A stretch of 64,000 nucleotides of DNA from NCBI GenBank assembly GCA_035547035.1, contig DASZVL010000087.1, positions 130,298-194,297 on the forward strand. Reading direction: 5' to 3'. The translations under genes and the position numbers were made by a program. Source of the DNA: Mycobacteriales bacterium (GTDB taxonomy: Bacteria > Actinomycetota > Actinomycetes > JAFAQI01). Numbering within the stretch: position 1 is the first letter of the stretch; the number at the start of each line of letters is the position of its first letter. The notes under the pieces are model-generated. The model was given only the letters and a program-made list of their open reading frames with translations, did no database searches and was not told the origin of the DNA. Shown here in pieces: positions 44,895-53,843 of this stretch.

Positions 44895-44934
44895 AGGGTT
44901 AGCGGTGGCCCGGCACCGCTAACCCTTCACAAAC
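44887..44934. terminator. 21-bp perfect hairpin after the P450 gene
   Basis: GTTTGTGAAGGGTTAGCGGTG (44887-44907) / CACCGCTAACCCTTCACAAAC (44914-44934). The P450 stop TGA (44892-44894) lies in the 5' arm. Confidence 0.6.
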
Positions 44935-44989
44935 CTGAAGGTTCGCGCCGACGAAGGTGCCCGCAACGTCCTGGTCGAACCTCTCGCGC

Positions 44990-47209
44990 ATGAGCGCTCG
45001 CCGGCTCCGCCGATCCGTCCTTGCCGCGTGCGGCACCCTCATGCTGTCAGCGGTTGTGCCTGCTGTGGCGTCCACCGTCGCCACTCACGAGGCGCGTCAT
45101 GCCGCGCCGCCGCGTGCGCACCTTCGGGAGACGTTGGCGATCAAGACGCTCTCGGTGCGCGCGGATCTCGTGTCCGGACCCGAGGTGCTGACGCGCATCT
45201 TGCTCCCGGCGACAGCTCGCGCGTCGGCGCTGCGCGTCCTTCTCAACGGCCACGACGTGACCGGCAGGTTCGCGCTGCGCGCCGATCACCAGATCGAGGG
45301 TCTGGTTCGCCACCTGCGACTCGGCGCCGACCACCTCGTGGCCGAGGTCGGCGGCCGGCGCGCGGAGCTCACGATCACCGACCATCCGATCGGCGGTCCG
45401 ACGTTCTCAGGTCCGCAGGTGCAGCCGTGGCAGTGCGAGCCGGGCGCGACGGACCGCCAGTGCGACCGCAAGACGACGTACTCCTACCAGTACCTCCCGG
45501 TCGGCACCAATGACGTGTCAGGCGGCGTCACCGGAGTCGCGTCGGTCAGTGCCTTCCAGGCCTACCACCCGGCGTCGCCGCCGCCCGCCGCCGCTATTGC
45601 GACGACGACCACCCGTGACGGCGTGACCGTTCCGTTCATCGTGCGAGTTGAGACCGGTTACATCGACCGCGACCAGTACACGATCGCCGCGCTCTGGCAG
45701 CCGGGGAAGTCATGGCGGCCATGGGCGCCGCAGCCGCAGTTCATCCACCGCCTCGTCATCACCCACGGCGCGAGCTGTGACACGACGTACGGCGTCGGAT
45801 CGGCGCCGAGCGTCCTCGACCCGAAGATTCTCGGTGCCGGATTCCTGGTCATGAGCAACGCGCTCGACAACGCCGGTCACAACTGCAACCTGCTGACGCA
45901 GGCGGAGTCGTTGCTGATGACGAAGCAGCGGGCAATCGACGAGTACGGCCCGGTCAGGTGGACGATCGGGATGGGCTGCTCGGGTGGCTCACTGGTGCAG
46001 CAGCAGGTGGCGAATGCCTATCCCGGGATCTACCAAGGGATCACACCGCAGTGCAGCTTCACCGACGCTTGGTCCTCGGCCTTGGAGTACGTCGACTACA
46101 CGATCCTGCTCAAGTACTTCGAGAACCCGACCGGCTGGGGCGCAGGCACCTTGTGGACACCGACCGGCATCCAGCAGGTGCTCGACCACCCCAACGTCGG
46201 CAACCCGGTGACCTTCACCACCGTGATCCCGAACAGCGCCGACCCGTCGCGCTCGTGTCCCGACGTGCCGGCGTCAAAGGTCTACAAGCCGGGCTCGAAC
46301 CCGAAGGGCGTGAAGTGCACGCTGCAGCAGTACATGGTCAACGTGTTCGGCTTGCGCAAGGACGGCTTCGCGAACCGGCCGTTCGGCAACGACGGGATCC
46401 AGTACGGCTTGCAGGGTCTGCTCAACGGTGAGATCTCGCCCGCCGACTTCGTCGACATCAATGCGAAGGTCGGCGGTCTCACGCAGAGCGACACCTACCA
46501 GAAGGCCCGCAGCAGGCCGGATCTCGTCGGGTTGAAGCGTGCGTACCGCAGCGGCGCCGTCGATGAGGCGAACAATCTCAACCGGGTGGCGATCATCGAC
46601 CTGCGAGGCCCTGACCCCGGCTTCTTCCACGACGTCTACCGGACATACGCGATGCGCGCGCGACTGCTTCGCGACTTCGGCACTGCAGCGAACCAGGTCC
46701 TGTGGCGCGGCCTGGCTCCGATCATCGGCGACGCCGAGTACGCCGACCAAGCCGTCCTCGCCATGGACGACTGGCTTGCGCAGGTCCACGCTGACCACCG
46801 GGCGGTGCCGCTGCCGCAGAAGATCATCGCGGACAAGCCGGTGTGGCTGACCGACCGTTGCACCGATGGCGCCGGCACCAACCTGCCCGCCGAGGCCTGT
46901 GACGAGGCCGTGCAGGCCTACGGCACGCCGCGTATGTCGGCCGGCATGCCGATGTCGGACGACATCCTCGAGTGCCGGCTGCAGCCGCTGCGCCGCGTGT
47001 CGTACCCGGTCCAGTTCACCGACGCGCAGTGGGCACAGCTGAAGCAGACATTTCCGCACGGCGTGTGCAACTACGACGAACCGGGCGTCGCGCAGCGCGG
47101 CACGATTCCCTGGCTCACCTATCAGCGTGCAGATGGCAAGGTCATCTACGGCGGGCAGCGGCTGGGTCCGCCGCCGCGGTCAGTCGCGCGGCCCTCCAAG
47201 GAGAGCTGA
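44990..47209 (+). CDS. secreted tannase/feruloyl-esterase-like alpha/beta hydrolase (DUF6351-like)
   Basis: Signal peptide MSARRLRRSVLAACGTLMLSAVVPAVA. G-C-S-x-G-G nucleophile context (IGMGCSGGSLVQQQ) like the tannase family. The family call is tentative. Confidence 0.55.
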   Translation: MSARRLRRSVLAACGTLMLSAVVPAVASTVATHEARHAAPPRAHLRETLAIKTLSVRADLVSGPEVLTRILLPATARASALRVLLNGHDVTGRFALRADHQIEGLVRHLRLGADHLVAEVGGRRAELTITDHPIGGPTFSGPQVQPWQCEPGATDRQCDRKTTYSYQYLPVGTNDVSGGVTGVASVSAFQAYHPASPPPAAAIATTTTRDGVTVPFIVRVETGYIDRDQYTIAALWQPGKSWRPWAPQPQFIHRLVITHGASCDTTYGVGSAPSVLDPKILGAGFLVMSNALDNAGHNCNLLTQAESLLMTKQRAIDEYGPVRWTIGMGCSGGSLVQQQVANAYPGIYQGITPQCSFTDAWSSALEYVDYTILLKYFENPTGWGAGTLWTPTGIQQVLDHPNVGNPVTFTTVIPNSADPSRSCPDVPASKVYKPGSNPKGVKCTLQQYMVNVFGLRKDGFANRPFGNDGIQYGLQGLLNGEISPADFVDINAKVGGLTQSDTYQKARSRPDLVGLKRAYRSGAVDEANNLNRVAIIDLRGPDPGFFHDVYRTYAMRARLLRDFGTAANQVLWRGLAPIIGDAEYADQAVLAMDDWLAQVHADHRAVPLPQKIIADKPVWLTDRCTDGAGTNLPAEACDEAVQAYGTPRMSAGMPMSDDILECRLQPLRRVSYPVQFTDAQWAQLKQTFPHGVCNYDEPGVAQRGTIPWLTYQRADGKVIYGGQRLGPPPRSVARPSKES

Positions 47210-47212
47210 GGA

Positions 47213-47307
47213 CTCGAAGTAGCACGAGACCTGCAGCAATCTCCGCGCCGAAGCGGACATCATGCGCCAGAACCGGCTTCGCGGCGTCCACTGTGTGCTA
47301 CTTCGAG
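47213..47307. terminator. 95-nt long hairpin between convergent genes
   Basis: CTCGAAGTAGCAC (47213-47225) / GTGCTACTTCGAG (47295-47307), perfect 13 bp, with imperfect inner pairing (GCCGAAGCGG ... CCGGCTTCGCGGC). Confidence 0.5.
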
Positions 47308-47329
47308 CGGAGCGTGGGACCGGAAGGGG

Positions 47330-48163
47330 TCAGGGCTCGGCTCCCTCGAGCAGCAGGTCGAGGCCGTCGTCCTCGTCGGCCTCCTCGTCGTCGAGGACGA
47401 GGTAGTGCCGCAGGCGTGAGAAGCCGCCCGCCGGGCGTGCTGGTGCCTGCCCCGGCCGCTCGGCGTCCTCTTCGCGCCGCAGGTCGACGACCTCGGCGAG
47501 CTCGGGCTCCGGTGTCGAGGCCGGCGGAGGCGCCGGCGTGACCGTGACAGCCGCAGGCGTCACCACGCGGCCATGGGAGTCGACCACTCTCACCATGGAC
47601 TCGTGCTCGTGGTCGAGCTCGTCGGCGATCCGCGCAGCCCACTCGGCGACCTGCCGGCGATCGCGGAAGTCACCCTCCGGCCCGTAGGCGAACAGCCCGA
47701 GCAGGCCGCCGGGCCGCTTGTCGAGCAGACCTCCGAAGGTCATGTGCCCGCGGACCTCGACCTCGCGAGCGAGGCTGGTGACCTGCGGAACGGGAGCCAG
47801 CGCACCGGACCGTGCCGAGTCGTCGAGCGGGCCGCTCGAGAAGAACCAGACCGGGAGCTGCCGCAGTGCGGCGCGGTGCCGGCCGACGAAGACCGACGCA
47901 TCGGGGTGCCACCGGTTGTTGTAGAGCGCACCGCCGACGATGACTGCGTCATAGTCATCGCTCAGGACGCGGACCTCACCGGCCCGGCGTACCTCCGCGT
48001 GGATGTGGTGCCGGACGAAGGCATCGGCCAATAGGTGCGCCAGGCCCGCCGTACCGCCTCGCGTCGAGCCGTAGACAACCAGCACCCGGACTGCGTCCAC
48101 CTCAGGTCTTCCGCCTCGCTGTCGCCCCGCACCGACCGGCGCCGTCAACGATGCCGGATTCAC
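47330..48163 (-). CDS. flavodoxin-domain protein (HemG-like) with acidic/Pro-rich C-terminal extension
   Basis: VLVVYGSTRGGTAGLAHLLAD...AVIVGGALYNNRWH...VWFFSSGP, followed by ~100 aa of low-complexity tail. The start is uncertain. Confidence 0.7.
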   Translation of the reverse strand: MNPASLTAPVGAGRQRGGRPEVDAVRVLVVYGSTRGGTAGLAHLLADAFVRHHIHAEVRRAGEVRVLSDDYDAVIVGGALYNNRWHPDASVFVGRHRAALRQLPVWFFSSGPLDDSARSGALAPVPQVTSLAREVEVRGHMTFGGLLDKRPGGLLGLFAYGPEGDFRDRRQVAEWAARIADELDHEHESMVRVVDSHGRVVTPAAVTVTPAPPPASTPEPELAEVVDLRREEDAERPGQAPARPAGGFSRLRHYLVLDDEEADEDDGLDLLLEGAEP

Positions 48164-48193
48164 CCCGAAACGTCACCGCCGAAACGCTGGGTA

Positions 48194-48211
48194 TGCCCAC
48201 TAGACTGGGCA
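48194..48211. promoter_or_regulatory. palindrome TGCCCA-CTAGAC-TGGGCA overlapping a -10-like TAGACT just upstream of purF
   Basis: TGCCCA at 48194-48199, TAGACT at 48201-48206, TGGGCA at 48206-48211. The ORF-track purF start is 48219. Confidence 0.25.
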
Positions 48212-48218
48212 CAGTCCC

Positions 48219-49835
48219 GTGTCGACGACGACAAGGAGCCGGTCGGTGGCGCCGAGCCTGTCCGACTTCCCTTCCTCGCACGACCACACCCAGCCCGACG
48301 CACTAGCTGTGCGCCCGGTTGGCTACTCGGACATACCCGACGAGGCGCCGCCGAAGGACGCGTGCGGCGTCTTCGGGGTCTGGGCTCCCGGCGAGGAGGT
48401 CGCCAAGCTCACCTACTACGGCCTCTATGCGTTGCAGCACCGCGGGCAGGAGGCGGCCGGCATGGCCGTCTCGGACGGCCGCACCGTCGTCGTCTACAAG
48501 GACCTCGGCCTGGTCGCCCAGGTCTTCGATGAGCCGACGCTCGGTGCGATGACCGGTCATCTGGCGATCGGGCACAACCGGTACTCCACCACCGGCTCGT
48601 GCACCTGGGAGAACGCCCAGCCGTCGTACCGTCCGGCGCCGCAGGGCGGCGGCATCGCCCTCGGGCACAACGGCAACCTCACGAACACCGCGCAGCTCGC
48701 CGCGGAGATCGGCGTCGACCAGCGGCCGCGCAACGGCGAGCCGCGAGCGACGAGCGACTCCGACCTGATCACCGAGCTGCTCGCGCGCGACCCCGACTTG
48801 TCGCTGGAAGCCGCGGCGATGAACGTGCTCCCCAAGCTGCGCGGTGCCTTCTCGTTGGTGTTCATGGACGAGCACACGCTGTACGCCACGCGCGACCCCC
48901 ACGGGGTGCGTCCACTGGTGCTGGGCCGGCTCGAGCGCGGCTGGGTGGTCGCGAGTGAGACGGCGGCGCTCGACATCGTCGGCGCGTCGTTCGTGCGCGA
49001 GATCGAGCCCGGCGAGCTGATCGCGATCGACGAGCACGGACTGCGCTCGCAGCGTTACGCGGACGCGACGCCGAAGGGCTGCTTGTTCGAGTACGTCTAT
49101 CTCGCGCGGCCGGACACCTCGATCGCCGGCCGCTCGGTCCAGGAGACCCGGGTCGAGGTCGGCCGGCGGCTTGCCCACGAGCACCCCGTCGAGGCCGATC
49201 TGGTGATTCCGGTTCCCGAGAGCGGTACGCCGGCTGCTGTGGGGTACGCCGAGGCGAGCGGCATTCCCTATGGCATCGGCTTGGTGAAGAACGCCTACGT
49301 CGGGCGCACCTTCATCCAGCCCTCCAACACGATCCGCCAGCTCGGGATCCGGCTCAAGCTCAACCCGCTGCGGTCGGCCATCGCCGGCAAGCGTCTGGTT
49401 GTCGTCGACGACTCGATCGTGCGCGGCAACACGCAACGCGCCCTGGTGCGGATGCTGCGCGAGGCGGGCGCTGCCGAGGTTCACGTGCGGATCTCGTCAC
49501 CACCGGTTCAGTGGCCGTGCTTCTACGGCATCGACTTCGCCTCCCGTGCCGAGCTGATCGCCAACGGCCTGACCGTCGAGCAGGTGTGCGCGTCGATCGG
49601 TGCGGACTCACTTGCCTACATCTCGCTGGACAAGCTCGTCGAGGCGACGACGATTCCGGGCGACCGGCTGTGCCGAGCCTGTTTCGACGGCCACTACCCG
49701 ATCGAGCTTCCGGCGCCGGAGCTGCTCGGAAAGCACATGCTCGAGAGCATCGAGCGCAACGTCGAGGACGCCGATGCAGCGCAGGACATGATGCTGCCCG
49801 GCGTCGGCGCTTCGGACGCGCTGTCTCGTCCGTGA
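48219..49835 (+). CDS. purF: amidophosphoribosyltransferase
   Basis: Propeptide followed by CGVFGVWAP..., YGLYALQHRGQEAAG, PRPP loop LVVVDDSIVRGNT, and C-terminal Cys ligands. The exact start is uncertain. Confidence 0.95.
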   Translation: MSTTTRSRSVAPSLSDFPSSHDHTQPDALAVRPVGYSDIPDEAPPKDACGVFGVWAPGEEVAKLTYYGLYALQHRGQEAAGMAVSDGRTVVVYKDLGLVAQVFDEPTLGAMTGHLAIGHNRYSTTGSCTWENAQPSYRPAPQGGGIALGHNGNLTNTAQLAAEIGVDQRPRNGEPRATSDSDLITELLARDPDLSLEAAAMNVLPKLRGAFSLVFMDEHTLYATRDPHGVRPLVLGRLERGWVVASETAALDIVGASFVREIEPGELIAIDEHGLRSQRYADATPKGCLFEYVYLARPDTSIAGRSVQETRVEVGRRLAHEHPVEADLVIPVPESGTPAAVGYAEASGIPYGIGLVKNAYVGRTFIQPSNTIRQLGIRLKLNPLRSAIAGKRLVVVDDSIVRGNTQRALVRMLREAGAAEVHVRISSPPVQWPCFYGIDFASRAELIANGLTVEQVCASIGADSLAYISLDKLVEATTIPGDRLCRACFDGHYPIELPAPELLGKHMLESIERNVEDADAAQDMMLPGVGASDALSRP

Positions 49836-50833
49836 CCGGGCCGGGTGGCGCGACGTACGCGGCGGCCGGGGTCTCGATCGAGGCGGGAGACCGCGCGGTC
49901 GAGCTGATCAAGTCCCGGCTCACCTCTGGTCGCCCCGAAGTCGTCGGTGGCCTCGGCGGGTTCGCCGGCCTGTTCCGGATCGACGCCGACCGGCTGCTCG
50001 CGACCTCCACTGACGGCGTCGGCACCAAGGTCGCGATCGCGCAGGCGCTCGACCGGCACGACACGATCGGTCACGACCTCGTCGGCATGGTCGTGGACGA
50101 CATCGTCGTCTGCGGTGCCGAGCCGCTGTTCATGACCGACTACATCGCGTGCGGCAAGGTCGTCCCGGAGCGGATCGCCGACATCGTCGCCGGCATCGAC
50201 GCCGGCTGCGCGCTTGCCGGCTGCGCGCTGATCGGCGGAGAGACCGCGGAGCACCCGGGGCTGCTCGCCGCCGACGAGTACGACCTCGCGGGTGCCGCGA
50301 CGGGCATGGTGCGCCAGGCAGACCTGATCTCGCCGGACCGGGTGCGCGCGGGCGACGCCGTGATCGCGATGGGGTCCAGTGGCCTGCACTCCAACGGTTA
50401 CTCACTCGCCCGGCACGTCCTGCTCTCGACCGCGAAGATCTCGCTGGACTCGTCGGCGGACCTTGGTACGCCGCTGGGTGAGGTGCTGCTCACGCCGACC
50501 CGGATCTACGCCAAGGACTGCCTCAGCCTGGCCGCCGCGGCGCAGGTGCACGCCTTCTCACACGTCACCGGCGGTGGGCTGACCGCGAACCTTGCCCGGG
50601 TGCTCCCCGGCGGCCTGCGCTCGGAGATCGACCGCGCGTCGTGGACCCCAGCCCCGATCTTCGGCCTGATCGCGGAGCGGGGCCAGGTGTCGTCCGAGGA
50701 GATGGAGCGCACCTTCAACCTCGGTGTCGGCATGGTCGCCGTCGTACCCGAGGCCGTGGCCCAGGGAGCCGTCGACCACCTGCTGGCCCGGGGCGTGGCT
50801 GCCTGGGTGTGCGGAGAGATCGTCAGCGACTAG
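49832..50833 (+). CDS. purM: phosphoribosylformylglycinamidine cyclo-ligase (AIR synthetase)
   Basis: In-frame GTG 49832 (GTGA overlap with purF). TYAAAGVSIEAGDRAVELIK...STDGVGTK...DYIACGK...GGETAEHPG. Confidence 0.95.
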   Translation: MTGPGGATYAAAGVSIEAGDRAVELIKSRLTSGRPEVVGGLGGFAGLFRIDADRLLATSTDGVGTKVAIAQALDRHDTIGHDLVGMVVDDIVVCGAEPLFMTDYIACGKVVPERIADIVAGIDAGCALAGCALIGGETAEHPGLLAADEYDLAGAATGMVRQADLISPDRVRAGDAVIAMGSSGLHSNGYSLARHVLLSTAKISLDSSADLGTPLGEVLLTPTRIYAKDCLSLAAAAQVHAFSHVTGGGLTANLARVLPGGLRSEIDRASWTPAPIFGLIAERGQVSSEEMERTFNLGVGMVAVVPEAVAQGAVDHLLARGVAAWVCGEIVSD

Positions 50834-50843
50834 GCACCCCGGT

Positions 50844-51071
50844 CTAGCCGGCGTCTTCGTCCTCGTCTTCGTCGTCATAGCCGGCGTAACCGGCGTACTC
50901 GTCGTCGTCATCGTCGACGGTTGCGGACTGGGTGGTCGCGTGGCTCGACCCGGCGCCGTTGCGCTCGGCAGCGAGCTCTTGCGCCAAGCGGTCCAGGTCG
51001 GTCCCCCCGCTCGAGTACTTCAACTCGCGGGCGACCTTCGTCTGCTTGGCCTTGGCACGGCCGCGCCCCAT
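50844..51071 (-). CDS. DUF3073 domain-containing protein
   Basis: 75 aa: MGRGRAKAKQTKVARELKYSSGGTDLDRLAQEL..., with an acidic D/E/Y-rich tail. Confidence 0.8.
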   Translation of the reverse strand: MGRGRAKAKQTKVARELKYSSGGTDLDRLAQELAAERNGAGSSHATTQSATVDDDDDEYAGYAGYDDEDEDEDAG

Positions 51072-51169
51072 TGGCTCGACCCCCTCGTTGCGCCCCGGGT
51101 CCGACCCGGTGGCGACACGGAAGTTGTTCGGTCATCGGCGACCCGGAAGCCGGATCGACTGCCAGGATA

Positions 51170-52264
51170 TCAGCGTGCGGCGTCGCCTTGGCCATCCCGT
51201 TCCGGGAGGCGGAGCGACCGACCTGCGCCGGCCGCGGCCATCCGCTCCTCGGCCATCCGGTCTGCCGCGATCGACGGGGGTACGCCGTCGGCCGCAGCCG
51301 TCGCGAGTATGCGCACGGTCGTCCCGAAGATCTCGGCCGCCTTGGCGTGCGCCCGAGCCGCGTCGTACCCGTGGATCTCGTCGGCGACCTGGATGACGCC
51401 GCCTGCGTTCACGACGTAGTCCGGGGCGTAGAGGATCCCGCGCCGCTCCAGCAGCGCCTCGATGCCGGGGTGGGCGAGCTGGTTGTTGGCGCCACCGCAC
51501 ACGATGCGCGCGGTGAGTCGCGCGACGGTGTCGTCGTTCAACGCGTGGCCGAGGGCGCACGGGGAGAAGACGTCGAGCTGCTCGTCGACGAGCTTGCCCG
51601 GCTCGGTCGCGGCGACCTCGGGATGACGGTCGAGGACGCCCGCGACCGCGTCGGCATCGACGTCGGCGACGACGACGGAGGCGCCGTCGCCGAGCAGGTG
51701 CTCCACGAGATGGCGGCCGACCTTGCCCACGCCCGCGATGCCGACCCGCCGGCCGCGCAGCGTCGGCTCACCCCAGGCCGCCTGCGCCGCGGCCCGCATG
51801 CCCTCGAAGACCCCGAAGGCGGTCAGCACCGAGGAGTCGCCGGCGCCGCCGTTCTCCGGCGAGCGGCCCGTGGTGAACCGGCACTCCTGCGCGACGACGT
51901 CCATGTCCGCGACGCACGTCCCGACGTCGCAGGCGGTGTAGTAGCGCCCGGACAGCGAGTCGACGAACCGGCCGTAGGCGCGCAGCAGCGCTTCGCTCTT
52001 GTCCGTCGCGGGATCCCCGATGATCACGGCCTTGCCGCCGCCGAGGGCGAGTCCGGCGCATGCCGCCTTGTAGGCCATGGCCTTGGACAGCTCGAGCACG
52101 TCGGCGAGCGCCGCGGCCTCGTCGGCGTACGGGTAGAAGCGGGTCCCGCCGAGCGAGGGGCCGAGCGCGGTGGAGTAGATCGCCACGATGGCGCGCAGCC
52201 CGGTGGCGGGGTCGTTGCAGAACACCACTTGCTCGTGCTGTGGCGCTTGGGCGAACACGTCCAT
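51170..52264 (-). CDS. vdh: Glu/Leu/Phe/Val dehydrogenase family (valine dehydrogenase-like)
   Basis: 364 aa: ...[13 protein letters not shown]...[16 protein letters not shown]..., NAD Rossmann GVGKVGRHL. Confidence 0.88.
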   Translation of the reverse strand: MDVFAQAPQHEQVVFCNDPATGLRAIVAIYSTALGPSLGGTRFYPYADEAAALADVLELSKAMAYKAACAGLALGGGKAVIIGDPATDKSEALLRAYGRFVDSLSGRYYTACDVGTCVADMDVVAQECRFTTGRSPENGGAGDSSVLTAFGVFEGMRAAAQAAWGEPTLRGRRVGIAGVGKVGRHLVEHLLGDGASVVVADVDADAVAGVLDRHPEVAATEPGKLVDEQLDVFSPCALGHALNDDTVARLTARIVCGGANNQLAHPGIEALLERRGILYAPDYVVNAGGVIQVADEIHGYDAARAHAKAAEIFGTTVRILATAAADGVPPSIAADRMAEERMAAAGAGRSLRLPERDGQGDAAR

Positions 52265-52323
52265 CCGGGCGAGGCTATCGGCGGGTCGGTGCCGATCGGA
52301 ATCATGCTTGGATTGATCGCGTG

Positions 52324-53178
52324 ATGGGGTACGCCGCGCACTTGCGGGTGTACGAGCCGCTGTCCGGACTGCCGGAGGCGGAGCGGAACCGGTGGCAGGC
52401 CTACATCGCGGCAGGCGACGTCCCGAGCCGGCCGGTGCAGATGGTGCGCGAGCACGAGGTCGCCTTGTCAGCGGTGCTCGCGGTCCCGCCGCGGCTGGAT
52501 CTGTCGGATGGCAGCGACCACGCCTACGTTCGTGAGCTCGACGGCCTCACGTACGTCTGCCCGTGGCGACTGCAGCTGCGGGCGTGGGATGCCTTGGACA
52601 GCTTCCGGTCGCAGCTGCCCGACGAGCTCCGTGATGCGTTCTTCCCGGCGGCGCTGAGTGCGGCGGCCGAGGATGCCCGCGACGTGTGGCGAGCGAACAA
52701 CCCTCAGCTGCGCGCCGGCATCATCACCGCGACGTGGCAGGTGCCGATCTCGTGGTTTCTTGCCTTCGAGGCGAGCGAGCGGCGCATGGTGCTCGGCGAG
52801 CGGCGGATGGACGCGTCGTCGGGACCTGGGCTGGACCGGGCGCTGATCTACCTGACCGCGATGTCGCGGGCGCGGCGCCGGATCGCGCGCGCGCTGCGCG
52901 TCGTACAGCGGATCTTCGGCGAGGGCCCGGCGACGTCGTCGATCGAGGACGTCGGTCGTTGGCTCGAGGACTTCCACCCCCACTCGCTGGTCGAGCTGGA
53001 CTACGGCGGCCTGGTGCATCTCGTCGACGACGAGGCGCTGTCGGAGGACTGCTCGGTGGCGGACGTGAACGAGGCGCTGGAGCGCCTGGTCGCGGGGGAC
53101 CTGCCCGCGGCGGGTCAGTGCTACGAGCGGGTGATCGCCCGCTGGCGCTCGGTCGCCGCGCTCGAACACGCCAACTAG
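52324..53178 (+). CDS. conserved actinobacterial hypothetical protein (vdh/bldC neighbour)
   Basis: In-frame ATG 52324 ([24 protein letters not shown]...). No motif recognised. The position between vdh and bldC matches my recollection of Streptomyces synteny. Confidence 0.6.
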   Translation: MGYAAHLRVYEPLSGLPEAERNRWQAYIAAGDVPSRPVQMVREHEVALSAVLAVPPRLDLSDGSDHAYVRELDGLTYVCPWRLQLRAWDALDSFRSQLPDELRDAFFPAALSAAAEDARDVWRANNPQLRAGIITATWQVPISWFLAFEASERRMVLGERRMDASSGPGLDRALIYLTAMSRARRRIARALRVVQRIFGEGPATSSIEDVGRWLEDFHPHSLVELDYGGLVHLVDDEALSEDCSVADVNEALERLVAGDLPAAGQCYERVIARWRSVAALEHAN

Positions 53179-53185
53179 CGCGAAA

Positions 53186-53252
53186 GCAATGTGGCATCGC
53201 CTCCGGAAATTGGTCCCTTAGAGGCGAAAAAGCGGAGGCAATGCCACATCGC
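53186..53252. terminator. 67-nt hairpin between the hypothetical gene and bldC
   Basis: GCAATGTGGCATCGCCTCCG (53186-53205) / CGGAGGCAATGCCACATCGC (53233-53252). 20-nt arms with two A.C mismatches and a 27-nt A/T-richer loop. Confidence 0.5.
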
Positions 53253-53393
53253 TTCCGCCACTTATCGGGCGAAACGGACTAGTCACTCGGGGCCCGAAAG
53301 ATGGTCCCGATGGGCCATACCGGATATGCCGAGACATCTTCACCATAGGGACTCGACCGAGCTCCACCGGTCGCCGAGAACGGAGTTTCCCTG

Positions 53394-53597
53394 ATGACCA
53401 CCCGTACCGCAGACGCCGAACCGCTGCTTACCCCCGCCGAGGTCGCGACGATGTTCCGCGTCGACCCCAAGACCGTCACGCGGTGGGCCAAGGCAGGCAA
53501 GCTCACCTCGATCCGCACCCTTGGCGGCCACCGCCGCTACCGGGAGAGCGAGGTCCGCGCGCTGCTCGCCGGCGTGCCGAGCCAGCGCTCGATCTAG
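53394..53597 (+). CDS. bldC: developmental regulator BldC (small MerR-like DNA-binding protein)
   Basis: 67 aa: MTTRTADAEPLLTPAEVATMFRVDPKTVTRWAKAGKLTSIRTLGGHRRYRESEVRALLAGVPSQRSI. This closely matches my recollection of Streptomyces BldC. GGAG lies 9 nt upstream. Confidence 0.9.
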   Translation: MTTRTADAEPLLTPAEVATMFRVDPKTVTRWAKAGKLTSIRTLGGHRRYRESEVRALLAGVPSQRSI

Positions 53598-53651
53598 CAA
53601 GACCGGCACCACACAACTTCATTTGGGCCCACCAGCCCATATCCCGACCCC

Positions 53652-53682
53652 CGTCGCGCCGCAGCCCAGTGCCGGCGCGACG
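53652..53682 (+). terminator. hairpin 1 after bldC
   Basis: CGTCGCGCCG / CGGCGCGACG, perfect 10 bp, 11-nt loop. Confidence 0.55.
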
Positions 53683-53686
53683 GTGT

Positions 53687-53733
53687 ACCAATGAGTCCGC
53701 GTCACAATCCGGCGGTGACGCGGACTCATTGGT
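53687..53733 (+). terminator. hairpin 2 after bldC (19-bp perfect stem)
   Basis: ACCAATGAGTCCGCGTCAC (53687-53705) / GTGACGCGGACTCATTGGT (53715-53733), loop AATCCGGCG. Confidence 0.55.
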
Positions 53734-53843
53734 GTCGCCAGACATAAATGGCTGCGTCGCGCCGCCACCCCCGCCGTACTCTCGATGGATCGGCAGGTGC
53801 TGGCGACGCCAGCTCCGTTGAGGGTGGAGGGTGGGACGAGGAC

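Noticed and set aside
44889-44932. Rex operator: TTGTGAA and TTCACAA half-sites
   Set aside because: Known Rex sites are contiguous ~18-bp palindromes (TTGTGAA-N4-TTCACAA). Here the half-sites are 30 nt apart, as the base of a 21-bp stem located after a stop codon.
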